This document shows, in pieces, positions 1-13,200 of a stretch of DNA of 64,000 nucleotides (position 1 is the first letter of the stretch; every line of letters starts with the position of its first letter). Source of the DNA: Tubulanus polymorphus. Its lineage: Eukaryota; Animalia; Nemertea. The position numbers and the translations under genes were made by a program. The stretch is from NCBI RefSeq assembly GCF_964204645.1, contig NC_134034.1, positions 2,604,072 through 2,668,071 on the forward strand, written 5' to 3'. The notes below the pieces were generated by a model. That model was not told where the DNA came from. It did no database searches and saw nothing but the letters and a program-made list of their open reading frames with translations.

Positions 1-2359
1 TTAAATTACTGAGCAACGAAGTCATCGTGACGAGAGGCATAAAATGCAGGCGTCAAAAATCTGTGTCCACAATTCTGAGTTGAGTTTTAAAACGAGTAAC
101 TCGAAACTCAGGGTCCTGTTGCACAGTTGTCAGTTAGATTTAACCCCGATTTTGGGGTCTAGCTCCACAGTTGAGGGATAGAGTTAACTCTGAACTCAGG
201 ATCCTATTACATAGTTATACGTTAAAAGTTAACTCTGAACTCAGGATCTTATAACAGAGTGCGGAGTTGGAGTTAATCTGATTTTTATATGGTTTTTAGA
301 ATTAAACCGAAAATTTGAGGTTTTGATAAATCTTTATAGTTTTGATCTTTCAAAATCTCTTTCGAACATGTGATTGTGGGACTTATATTTCGGAATTAAC
401 TCTGAACTCAGGATCCACTTACACAGTTATACGTTATGAGTTTACTACGAACTCAGGATCCATGAGTTAAGAGTAAACTATATGAACTCAGTTCATTTTC
501 AGTAAGTTAACTCTGAGTCAAAGTTGGTTCATTTTCAATTTCTCCCCCAACATTTTTACCTGCCCCCTACCCAACCAGCACACTACATGTTTCAAACCCA
601 CAGATCGTAAAAAATACGATCTATCAATAATAATGCGAGTGAGCGCTCAATTTGTTTGTGCTTTATCTTCAGTTCGTGAGCGGAAATAACGAATAATTAC
701 TGAATAATTCCGATTCAGCTGCGAGATACATAGCTCTCAGGGGATAGAGCAGAATCTTCGTGATTACTTCTGCAGGTCTGAATCCAGTTCCACAATAGAT
801 GTACGATTAATCTATTGAAATGAAACCACAATGTTTCCGCTGTGTATCGGCTGTTGTCGAGCAGTACTATCAGATGGAATGACCGGAAAACAACACGTAA
901 CAAACCACAGAAACCAAGCAGTTAGCATAGGTCAAGTGAAGAATTTTATCGCCACCATTTACCACGCTGAACCCAACACACGTTGTGATATCCAGGGAAG
1001 AACTTGCTGTTTTCGTTATGTTTTCCCGGTTGAAGTAAAGCATGTAGGCGTACACCCACCACGCTTCACTGACCGGGAGCAAAAAAATCTAGGCCTAAAA
1101 AGTCTATTGACTTTTTCAGTGGATTACGGAATTCCATTATGATTAATACCAGGGTTACTCCATTGAACGGACCGGTGTCTATTTGGATAATAAATCAACA
1201 ATACTACATCAAATATTAAGATCGAAGGGAATAATATACTATTTTATCATTAAATATATTATCTTTATGAAATTTCTAAATAAGTATCGGCATCCTTGTT
1301 TCGTCGTATCGGTAAAATAAAGGATTAATTGCATCAACTTGGAAATAATGATTCGTGTCGAAACCGATAGATGGCAGCACGGTCAATCGATGAACAATCG
1401 ATTTAGATCGGCTTTGTGCCCTAGTCTGACGCGCTCTCGGTTATCAGGTATCCATAACGACAAAGCCTGCAGGTTGAATGGAAAGTCTCGAAGGGTTCTA
1501 TAAAATGTTGCATCAAAATAAATGAACTTGAAAATGAATTTGCGTCGATTTCATTGACCTCCAAGCTATGTAGGATCCAGTTACAGACGGACTTGCGAGA
1601 AAATCGAACCCACGTCGAGTTGACTGGTCCCGTGGTCCGGGATAAGCATTTATCGAATTAAATCATCCAGGAAACTACAGAGAGATGAATTTTGATGCAA
1701 ACATTTTACATTTTACATCTTTATCCGCAGAAAAGTGGAATAGTAAGAAGGGTCGATGGTGCCTTTAAAGGAGAAAATTCGTCTAATCACATTGAATTTT
1801 ATATGGCATAAAATGGGATCAAAATATCTAACAGACACTTTTTCTTGAAGTTTTCACTCATTTTTCACATCAAGGTAGATGTGATTATTTATTGATCACA
1901 ATCGGGACGGATTAAAAAAAAATATTTATGGAAACTTAAAACGCAGCTCGTGCATAAATTCTAAATTCTAGAGTAGAGCCTGCATGGCATGAAAACGGCA
2001 TCCCTGAAAGTAACTCGATTACTCTTTTCTTGAATTTTTCGCGCATTTTCATCTTTTCTTCAGAGATTTTCACAAATTCATCACATTTTTCCGTCGTTCA
2101 GAAATTTTAAAAACATTTTTCCCCAACAGATTTTTCAAATTTGTTTTTCAAATATTTTTCACAACTTTTCGAGCGGACGTGTCAGAACCTTTTTCCACGA
2201 TTATTCACATTTTCCCACCGATCTGGCCCCCGGACATCCTCGCTTGCCAGGGTCCGATTACCGCACGCTGAAGCTAACGCCGACACAAAACCCCGGCCTC
2301 AAACCAATAAAGGGTAAGCGAGGAGGCCCCCTTAAATCAGCCCTCCCTAAAATACTTAC

Positions 2360-5300
2360 GATCATATCGTCCATCCAGACGTGCGCGACCCTCAGTGAAT
2401 TACGTGTCATGCTGTCCTTGACCCCGGCCGGGTCGCCGTACGGCCGGTTACGTCTGAACACGTGACCGATTCGACTGCACGGTATTATCTCTAACCTACC
2501 CCCGCACATCCAGATCTATAACAGAAATACAACGACAAAACAATTATTTCCAATGATATCTTTTTATTATGACAAGATAAAACCGATTTCACTTAAAAAT
2601 CATACTTAATTTGACATTTTTTCATTATGACAAGATAAAACCGATAACACTTAAAAATCATACTAAATTTGAAGTGCTAACCTCGCTCTCGATTTCGGTC
2701 ACCGAGTTTCTAAGTACTATGGGACTTGCCCTAATTTCCCAACTAGATGGGAGCCAAATATTGATTTAAATGTCTACTATTAGACAAGCAAGATGAAATC
2801 TAAGCGACGAACGCCAATCCTAACACTACCTTACACCACATATATAAACTTTTCTTGTGCTTAACTAAACGGTGTTTTGTCACCAGCGACTGCAAAATCA
2901 AATTCGTTGTATCCGTGGATTTAGTTTGATCGGATTTCGAAAAGTTTATATTTGTGATTTTACCGAATTAATATCGATTTTCTAAAACATTACCGGATCC
3001 TTCGAGTGGCCTTTAACAACTGCTCGAAACAGGCATCACATATGATGATTCGCTAATCAGACTAAAGGGGGCAGCACGTTTGCGATGGATAAGGATTTTT
3101 TCTAAAATTCTTCAGTAAAACTTCTGCCAACATCGGATAAGTTTTCGCGGAGATTTTCGAATTGAAATTTGCTGGTTTATTTCTCGGTTTCAATTTCGTA
3201 GTCGACTCACCCGGAAAGATATCTCCAAGTTCTCCCCGCCCCAAGTTTCCATGCCCTTGTCGTATTCGCCCATTTCGAAGAAATATTTCCGATCGATGGC
3301 GAACAATCCGCCTGCCATTGTGGGAGTTCTGTAAAATAAACACAGGACCAAAGATAAGACCACGCTAAGCTTCTTTCATTCCGGTTCAACAATCAAGTCA
3401 TATACATAATAACAATCCGCCTGCCATTTTGGGGGTTCTGAAAATAGACACAAACAGAACCAAAGATATAAGATCCTAAGCTTCTTTCGTTGTTCCAAGT
3501 CATATGCATAATAAGACCAAAATTCCAGTTCTAAGCTCATGTTAGTCCAGTTCCATTAGTAAAGACTCAAAATTGGACTAGACTAAGCCCTTATCGGTCC
3601 ATTTCTACGGTTCAATCTTGAATAATATATAATAACACCAGGCATATCTCACTTAAGCCTAGTTTCACAGTCTAAACTTAAGTTAAGAACAATCTTATGT
3701 ATATAATTCTGGATCCAGTGGCAAAGTATCTCACAGTTCAGTTTTGCAGTCAATACTTTAGATAAGACGTAGCTTTTAGACGCATTTAGGTCCAGGGGCT
3801 GGTTTCTTAGTCAAGACTTAAGACCAAAAGTGGTCTTAAACCTTAAACCTGGTCTTAAGTTGTTAGATTGGCTATAGAACTTAGTTTGTCTTAGACCGGT
3901 CTTAAGTCTAAGCCCTGTCTATGGAACCGGCCCCTGATCTCTAGTTTAAACTTAGGGGTAAGACACGACTTAGCTAATTTTTGGTCCGATTCGATTGTTG
4001 AGACTCAAAACAGGAAACCAAGGTTCCGACCCAATTGAGACTTTAGCGCCGGCTTAGCTCACTTTGGTCCAGTTCTACGGTCGAGACTTAAGTTAAGACC
4101 AGGCTCAGCTCACTTTGATCCATATTCATAGTTGAAACCTATGATAAGACCAGGCTTAGCTCTCTTCCGTCCAATTTCATGGTTTAAACTTATGTCTAGA
4201 CCAGGCTTAGCCAAATTTGGTCTATTTCCCCCGTTGAGACTTTGAGATAAGCCCAGGCTTTTTTTAACCCCTCATCTTCATTTACAAAAGAACGAAAGCA
4301 TAAATACATGATTTACCAAGCAAAGCGCCTAAGGGTCATTATATGCAAGGGTGAGCCCAGGTTTAGCTCAATTTGGTCCAGGCCCAAGACTGAAGACCGT
4401 GCTTCCCATCCAGTCAAGACTTTCAGGTAATACCGGGCTTAGTTAATACTCACTCTATCGGCAGCGAACGGTTGACCTCTTTCGGGATCAACCTGCTCGG
4501 TATACCGTCCCACTTGTAGTTCATGCCCCAGTTGAACCCGCCTCGAACGAGCGGCGCCAACTCGTACTTAAACGAATCCTGATTGATGATGTCGATGACG
4601 GGAATCGCGACGTTCGTGCGGTTCTCGTGAATCCGCTGCAACATCGGCTCCAACCAGTGAACGTTCACCTCGCAGTGGCTGTCTAGAAATACCAACACCT
4701 GCAGCGCGATCGCATAGAGAATAGATAATTAATAAACAACGCGTTAAAAACCCTGTCCCAGCTAGTAAGTTGCCGCAAAATATTCAACGCTTTACCCTTT
4801 CAGTGCGTAAATCGATGGTAGATTTTGTTAGTACACCGCACTGCAGTGTATTGATGTAATAAGTAATTAGTTTTTATCTCTATTCAAAGATGGCAGCACC
4901 TGTCAAACATAGTTAAATATTACTAACTAATGATACACCGCGTCGCGGTGTGTAGACACACTATATACAATTTTTTCAAAATTTCTAAATTATCTCAAGC
5001 ACGATAGGGTATTGATTAGTCAGCGCTGGAAGGGTTTACCAGTTTAGAAACTAGAAAAATTTGAACTAGAAGCGAAAGTGTCGATGATGCTCGATCTTAG
5101 CAGACGTTCGTGGAAATGTTCTATCAGTAGATCAATAAAAATCTTACTATTACTTTTGAAAACCTTCTTTACTATAAATATTTGTTGTTATATTCTAATT
5201 TCTTCATCTATAAAGTTCAACTCTTTCTATTGAGTTTGAAAAAATGACTGACTGTAATCGGACACGATAGTCACAGATATTTTCACTCTTCTTACAAAGA

Positions 5301-7266
5301 TGTCTGCAAGTAATTAGGGTATTTTTGCAGCCACCCACTACCAGCCTCGCAGCCTCCCACAAGCGAGAAGGATGGCTCTGAATGCTGTGATTAGGATATT
5401 CTCGGATGCACCCCTATTTTGGATACATGCGTGAAAACTACAAACATCGTTTCTCCATGTGGCTAAGATCGATTTTGAACCAAGAACTGAACCAATGATA
5501 CGCTGTTAATTTCAAGTTTAAACACGACCGATTTTTATTTCGTAAATCATCTTTGAACCCTCAATAAAGCGTTGACGTACCTCTCCAGTAGCGTGAGCCG
5601 CTCCGATCGACCGAGCGCGGATTAAACCCTCACGTTTCGTCGTGCGAATCAATTTCACTTTCGGAAATCTCTTTATGTAACGCACTAACGGCGCTTTCAA
5701 CTCATCTGAAATATATTTCAATGTCAATTACTGTTGCGGTAAGTGAGGATCCGCCAGGTGTCGCTAGTGTGCTGTAGGATATCAACTACAGCAGCAATAG
5801 AGGATTCAAGTTGTGGCAGCCATAGAGGATTCCACTCGTGGCAAGTGAGGATCCACCAGGTGTCGCTAGTGTGCTGTAGGATATCAACTACTATAGCAGC
5901 AATAGAGAATTCAAGTTGTGGCAGCCATAGAGGATTCCACTTGTGGCAAGTGAGGATCCACCAGGTGTCACTAGTGTGTAGTAGGACATCAACTATTTAA
6001 GGTAATAGAGTATTCCACTTGTGGTGAGGATCCACCAGGTGTCGCTAGTGTGCAGTTGGACATTGACCACTGTAAGAATAGAGGATTCTATATTTGGCAA
6101 GTGAGCATCCACCAGGCATTGTTTGCGCGAAATAGGACATCAACTACTGCAGCAATAGAGGATTCCACTTGTGGCAAGTGAGCACCCACAAGGTGTCGCT
6201 AGCGTACGAGATCTTACCGTATTCACTGAAGTCATCCAGTAGTATAATCTCATGTATATACCGATCAGCAGTTCTGTGTATGATTGTATAGAGCAGACGC
6301 AACAATACCGACCACGCTTCGTTGTAAAAACAGATGACTATAGAGGCCGCCGGTAGTTCTACCGGGTACGTACGACTTTTACATCTGAATCGAGAAAAAA
6401 CGAATTTCCAAAATTATGCTGAGTACAATCCGGCTACATCCCTTCCCGAAACTGTTAGGAAATCAACTGTTTCTACAGATCTACTGTGGGATTTTATGTT
6501 TGTTAACTAGGCCTATACTGAGATTTATATCAGCTATAGCTAATATAATATTATATATTATAAGTAAAGGGTTAATCCCGTTTACTTACAGCAGATGCCT
6601 TGTATCCGGTATCGATCGCGTGTAACTCAGACGATTACTCGCCAGAACGTTGAACGAATATTGACGATAACCTTTCGATAAGAAAATTAATTAATTTTCA
6701 TTAATTTTTTATGAATCATGTCGTCATAAAGAAACGCGAGGACAATGAAATATCCAAATTCCCCGAGGCTGAGTTTTCCAGGCTTTTGTAAATATTATTA
6801 AATTCCCCGAGTTTTCCTGATTTTTTAAAAGATTTTTCTGCGATTCCTAGAGTTTTCCAGGTCGGTGGGGCCACCCTGTAATTCGAACTCTAAAGACAAA
6901 CTAAACGTAGAAGAACTACAGAACCTGGAATCTGTTTTACGAACCTGTATCTTTGATTATTTGATCGCGGGCGTTGTTTATCTTTTGCAGCGATTCGAAG
7001 TCGTACGGCGCGAACGTGACGCGGTCGTCTGCCGGGTACGCCGCGGCCGCCACGTCCTCTACGCCGGCGCTGCTGCCATCGGCGCGACCTTCATCACGCA
7101 CGGACGTCGAACCTCTCCGGCCGATCCTCGCTTTCCATCGACGGTGCACCCTCGACCCGTCGGTCGACGACTGATCGGTCGGCGGATCCAACGTGAATAT
7201 AATCACGATCGTCACGGCGATCAATATGGCCACCGTCAAAAACGATTTCACGTGAAATCGCGGCAT
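2360..7266 (-). CDS. GALNT11: Polypeptide N-acetylgalactosaminyltransferase 11-like (partial; C-terminal/lectin exons not found in window)
   Basis: Phase-consistent exons 7266-6945, 6671-6590, 6384-6218, 5705-5581, 4698-4454, 3328-3211, 2515-2360 (405 codons). N-terminal type II TM segment, [29 protein letters not shown] (DxH), [40 protein letters not shown]. The [14 protein letters not shown] and VRGGFNWG motifs favour GALNT11. Probable 5'UTR exons upstream (acceptor at 7334, donors near 8141 and 9765). Confidence 0.9.
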
Positions 7267-10121
7267 TTTTTTCTCCTTGAATCAAATGCAATCGATTAAA
7301 ATCTGTTCGTTCAATTCTGCCACATTTTAATCACCTGAAATAAATTCGTTATTTATCATTTTAAAATTTCTATACAGAATTCTTCATCAAAAACCGCTTC
7401 AGTTTAACGACATTTTTAAATTTCAAATTCTTATGGTAAAAAATATGGTTATTTTGAATATTGAATACCCATGTTAGGAGACAAGCAAGATAGAAGTTTT
7501 CAGGTAGAAGTTTATCGTAACCCACAAAACCACAGGGCCCAGTTCCAAAGTTATGGCTTAGACCAATTTAAAACCATCTTAGTTCTGTAACCAATCTAAC
7601 AACTTAATACCAGTCTTAAAATTCAAGACCATTTTTGGACTTAAGTCTCAACTCAGGAACCAGCAACTGGGGCCAGTTGCAAAGTCGTGACTTAAGCTCA
7701 AAAGTGGTCTTAACTTGTTAGATTGGCCACAGAACTGAGTTGGTCTTAGAATGGTCTTAAATCTAAGCCATGACTACGCAACTGGCGTTCCAGAGTTGTG
7801 AATTAAGAGTTGAATCACAGGACCTGGGGCCAGTTGCACAGTTGTGACTTAAGTCCAAAATTGGTCTTAAATCTTAAGACTGGTCTTACGTTGTTAGATT
7901 GGCTATAGAACTATGTTGGTCTTAGACTGGTCTTAAATACAAGCCATGACTGTGCAACCAGCCCCAGGTTCCAGAGTTTTGAGTTATAGTTAATCATAGT
8001 TCCCAATTTCAGAGTTGCGAGTTATAGATAACTCACAGTTCATTTTCAATGTTATAACTGATAGAGTCTTAAGTGTCCGCGGCACTGGATCCAGGCAATC
8101 AGTTCGAAAATCAGTAATAACGAACACCGATATCTACTTACACTATTTGTAACTTCTCTACAGTCGCGTATTAAATCAGATTTCACGGATGTCACAAGCT
8201 AACTATTCACACTGTAATCGATGACGAGCTTTGTGAGCGCGGTGGCGGTGACAGCTTGCTGCTTCAGGGACCACCATCTGATCAGACAATCATCATGCCT
8301 TATCATCTAGTAAAGCCGGCGCGGCTGTTGAATGAAGAGAAAATGACGTTGATTCGAAGCCACGGTCTCGAGTCGCAGATGTGATGCGCGATCTCTGCGC
8401 TGAGCGATCAAGGTGCAACTGGTATTAATATTATCAGGCTGAGATAAAACGATTTATTTCTCCTAATCAGCAAAGGGTTTATTTTGTATACTGAAATGAA
8501 ATTTGTAATCAGTTCATTTCCTTAATTGCCGGGTCTGTTATTGTTAGCTTGATCATGATTTTTAAAAAAGTAATGTACAGGGTAGATAGGCGGCCGGCCG
8601 GGTCAACTTTAAATTCAGCAGATACGAGAAAAAAGGTATCAATTTTTTAGCCTTTGTTTAATTAAGACTTAATCATGATTAGGCAATTAAAGTGAGGAAC
8701 TGCCCACAGGCCAGGGTCTGACCGCTGGCTCCCACTTTTAAAACGCCTCAAGCCAAGGTTTGGACTCAGACCAAGGCTGTGGTCTAAAGCAATCTATCCA
8801 AATAGGGTTGGAATAATCGGTATCTAAATAGTCTATAGGGGTTAATTCCTTTGAAGGTTTTCAAAATGTAGGGTTCATAAACACTTAGATCATAGTTTAC
8901 AAAAAATAGTCTGTAACACGGCAGTGCAGCGTCTACACCACAGTGCAGTGTCTACACCACAGTGCGATGTAAATTGGTGACAACTTTGCTAAGTGCGATC
9001 TGCATATCGGTGTGCTGATGTTATTAGTTTTATTTCTATTGAAAGATGTCAGAACCTTTTCTCAAACATGGTGAAATAATAAGTAATTAACGATACACCG
9101 CACTGCAGGGTAGGCGCACTGTATGCCTAGTTATACCACACACTGGGGTGGAATTTCTTAAAAGATTTTAAAATCATCTCCAGCGCCTTCGGGAACAAAT
9201 TAGTCAGCACTGAATGGTTAAATCTCTATGGAATTGGGTTCCAATGAAACTATTCTGTCAAGGGCTGCAAGCTAGGGGGCGCGTTAGTAGTCCCAGAGTA
9301 AAAATCGTGTGCAACTTTTAAGGTTCAGTAAGGTATTTAAGGGTTTATTAGAGATTAAGCCTTTAAGCCCCCTTGGCCTGGATTGGCCCGCATGCCATGA
9401 CGGCCACAAACACTAAACAGAATGGAGGTGGTCCGAGTCCGAGGGCCGATTATCAAAAACTGGCGTTAAAAGGTTGAAACATTAAGGGTCTATAGACTGA
9501 ATTGTCTGTTAATTGAAAAACTGATAAACAATAAAATTGATCACGGATAATACGAAAGTTGACACTTAAAGGATCAATTTAGTAAATTGAATTGAATTTG
9601 ATTTAAAATGAAACGCGTTTGAATACGATTCAAACAGTTTAGAAATGCAAACATAGATGCAAATCAAAGTCAGTGGCTTTAGAAACATAACTGATGTGTT
9701 TAAAGTTCTGATCAATATACAAAAATGTAGAATTTAATAGAAAATCGAACGTCGTACTCACTCACCGTCAGGTGCTGCCACCAAGCGGCTGAAACTGTCA
9801 ATTATAGTTTGATATTCGTCTTTAACGTAATTTGATACTGAATTCGAATATCGCGGGTCTTTGTCTTTGGGGTGATTTTTTTAACCGATTTTGTTACCAA
9901 GAAGATGACAATAAATATTAGTTTGAATTTATCAAACTTTTTCTTTGACTTCCTCTTTCTCTATCCCCTTTTTATTTCTCTTGTCTTCCATCTTTATCCC
10001 TCGATATCTTTACGACTAAATTATCATGATCTCGTATCGTTTTTTTTTACATTCGTAAAAATGAAACGAGCCTGTAATAAAGTTTAAATTTGAATTGGAT
10101 TTGTCGCGGGATCGGAAATTG

Positions 10122-10133
10122 TGCGCGTGCGCA
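10122..10133. promoter_or_regulatory. NRF1-like motif (TGCGCGTGCGCA) in the divergent GALNT11/AF10 promoter interval
   Basis: Near-palindromic match to the NRF1 consensus TGCGCATGCGCA about 90 bp upstream of the AF10 ATG, between two divergent genes. Confidence 0.45.
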
Positions 10134-10220
10134 CTGGCGGCGGTATTTATAATTCTATTTCCGGTAATGGTTGGTGTTGTTTGAGATGTTGTCTATTCTG
10201 CTGATAATGCCACGAGTAAA

Positions 10221-13200
10221 ATGAAGGAAATGGTTGGTGGCTGTTGCGTATGTTCAGATGAGAGAGGTTGGACTGAAAACCCGTTAGTTTATTGTGATGG
10301 CCAGGGCTGTAACGTGGCCGTACATCAAGGTAATGTACCCTCTCCCGACCTCTACCCCCCTCCACCAGCAATCAAGCATCACCATCTCCTGATGAGAGAC
10401 CATCATTAGTCCAGTAGGGAGTCCCCCTTCCTCCAGTCCATTTAGTTTCTTTCTAAATTCTATTGGATGTAATCACCACGGTTTTTAGCACCCTCCCCCG
10501 GCAGGGATTCGAACCTGGCATCGAGATTGTCACCAGTAGTCACCAGTACAAAACCCTACATGCGAAACTCTTCTTCGGCCGCTTCTATCAGATTTACAGA
10601 TTATGATTCTATTCAGGAATAGATAGAGACCAATCAATAAGGACTCTGAATTACAAACTGTCGGTAAAAGTGCAGATCCGCACCTCTCCGCGTAAACGGT
10701 TCAATCAATTACTTAAATATCATTGTTTAGGATTCAAAATGTCATCAGCAATTCAGTACATTGTCAATGGCTAATTTTAAGATATCTTCACTAGAGAGAG
10801 TATAGAGATTTTAGCCTGGATTCTGTCATTCAGCAGATTGCGTCAATCACGAGAGGTGCGGATCTGCACTTTTACCCAAACTGTCTACCGGCCGCTTCTA
10901 TCAGGTTTACAGATTATGATTCTTTTCCGGAATAGATTGAGACCAATCAAAAGGACTCTCTGGATTACAAACTGTCTTATCGGCCGCTTCTATCAGGTTT
11001 ACAGGTTATGATTCTATTCCAGAATAGGTTTTGCGGTCGAAATTACTTGATATGATATTTATTTTCAGCTTGTTATGGTATCGTGCAAGTCCCCACCGGC
11101 CCGTGGTTTTGTCGTAAATGTGAATCGCAAGAGCGAGCCGCCCGGGTGGTAAGTCAAAATTTGGCCATTTCTCGTAGATCTAGTCCATCTTGGCTGATTT
11201 AGATTGTGAGAAGCATCTGGTTTGATTCGACCATGTTTTAAAGGTGAAACTAAAAGAGCAATTTGAAAGTCGTCAGTGTTCGGTCACAGTTTGTATCAAT
11301 GTGAATATTCTTCAGAACGAGTTCATCGTAGATGATTAAAATCAGTCGCGTTTAACCCTTTCAGTGCTGACTGATTAATACCCTAAAGTGCTCGGGATTA
11401 TTTGAAAATTTTGAAAAACTCCACCCTAGTGTGTTGAATAACGCGAATACCACTATAGTGTCTACACTGCGGTGCGGTGTATCGTTAGTTACTAATATTT
11501 CACTATGTTTGACAGGTGCTGCCATCTTTCAATAGAGATAAAAACTAACTACATCAATACACTGCAGTGCAGTGTACTAGCAAAATCCATCAGCGATTCA
11601 TACACCACACTGCGGTGTAGACGCACTGATAGGGTTAACCCTTTCAGTGCGGACTAATTAATACCCGAAAGTAATCTCAAGAGTTTAGAAGCCAAATCAT
11701 CTTTTTCCCTCGTCGTAAACGGCTTCGAAAATGTCAAAACAACATTTCCATCTGCTGAATTTCATTTCAATCCTTGTATTCTTCTATTTTGCGTTGATTT
11801 TGCAGAAATGTGAACTTTGTCCGTCGAAAGATGGCGCTTTGAAGCGAACAGACAACGGAGGTAAGAAAAATCCGAGAAACCTTTCAGTTTTTTGGCTACG
11901 TGGGAAGAATGTACTGAAAAATCAGGCCACTGTCCTTAAAAGAAGAAAATTGTACCCTGAGTATAATCCGGCCAAGCTCCGCATGAAAAAACCTCAAACT
12001 GCAGATGTATTCTTAAAAAGCTACGAATAAGGGAAGAAAGATTGTTTACATGAACCAAAAAGAAATTCCGAGTTATGATTTGAAGGAAATTTTAGTATTT
12101 AGATTTATCTGATGATCCTACTACTAATTTGATATCTGATGTTGAAATGGGAAGTCTAAGCGCTCCCTGATCATCCCTATGATTCATTGATTATTTAAAA
12201 GATTCTTAAGAGAAAATGCCTGAAACTGCTTGAAAGTCCTTTAATTTGAGCTAAACGCCCAAAACTCCTTCAATTTTGAGTGATAGGCAAGTAGTAGATA
12301 CTCCAGGGGCCAGTTGCACAGTCGTGACTTAAGTCCAAAAGTGGTCTTAAATCTTAAGACTGGTCTTAAGTTGTTAGAATGGCTATAGAACAAAGTTGGT
12401 CTTAGAATGGTCTTAAGCCTAAGCCCAGTCTATGGAACCGGTCCCAGAAGTTGTACATTAGGCTCCTATGCCTAAATCGGTACAATTGCGACAGTAAGTG
12501 TTTAATAGTGAAGGGGATAAAAATTTGCTTACGAAACCACTGAATTAACAGTTTTACCGAGACGGTACCAATTTAGGAGGAGTCTACGGTAATTTGAGGT
12601 ATGAAAGTGTGAAGCAGACGCTTCCTCAAAATTTGAAATTTTCTCCTCGATAAGTCAATGATTGATCAGTAGGTAGGGACCCTGAATCAGCAGAACCGAG
12701 ACGAAAAAATCAAACCCCGCTTTCATGATCGAAACGCTAAAACGAATCGGATGATTTTCTATTTTCATGTTTTGTCACCGCGTACGCCGTTGTCTAGGTT
12801 GGGCTCACGTTATATGCGCCCTCTATATTCCGGAAGTGCGGTTCGGTAACGTGGCGACGATGGAACCGATCATCGTACATTCAATTCCACACGATCGGTT
12901 CTATAAGGTACACACAGGTGGCGCCGGCGTGCGGTGTTACGGTGCTCGCTGTGTCAATGTATTGTAATATTATTGTATTTATTTATTGCTGTTAGACGGG
13001 GGTGAATCTGTCCGGTGGCGGGGATTGGTTGCGCGACAAATTTTACTTTCTAAGCAAAGGGCTATTTTGCTGTCTTATGACTAGAGGCAACAGTTTGGGT
13101 TAAAAAAATGGGAGCAGTATTTTGCTGTCAAGGCAGGGGTGGATTTGCTGTCTAAAAGAGGGGCTGGTTTTGCTGTCTGAATAGTAGACAGTGATGCTGG

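Noticed and set aside
715-1142. Overlapping short ORFs near the window start
   Set aside because: No recognisable motif or consistent splice chain.
1444-1497. Possible in-frame terminal exon (NPSRLSIQPAGFVVMDT*) that would give a lectin-less GALNT11
   Set aside because: No similarity to GALNT C-termini and no supporting evidence; the true downstream exons more likely lie outside the window.
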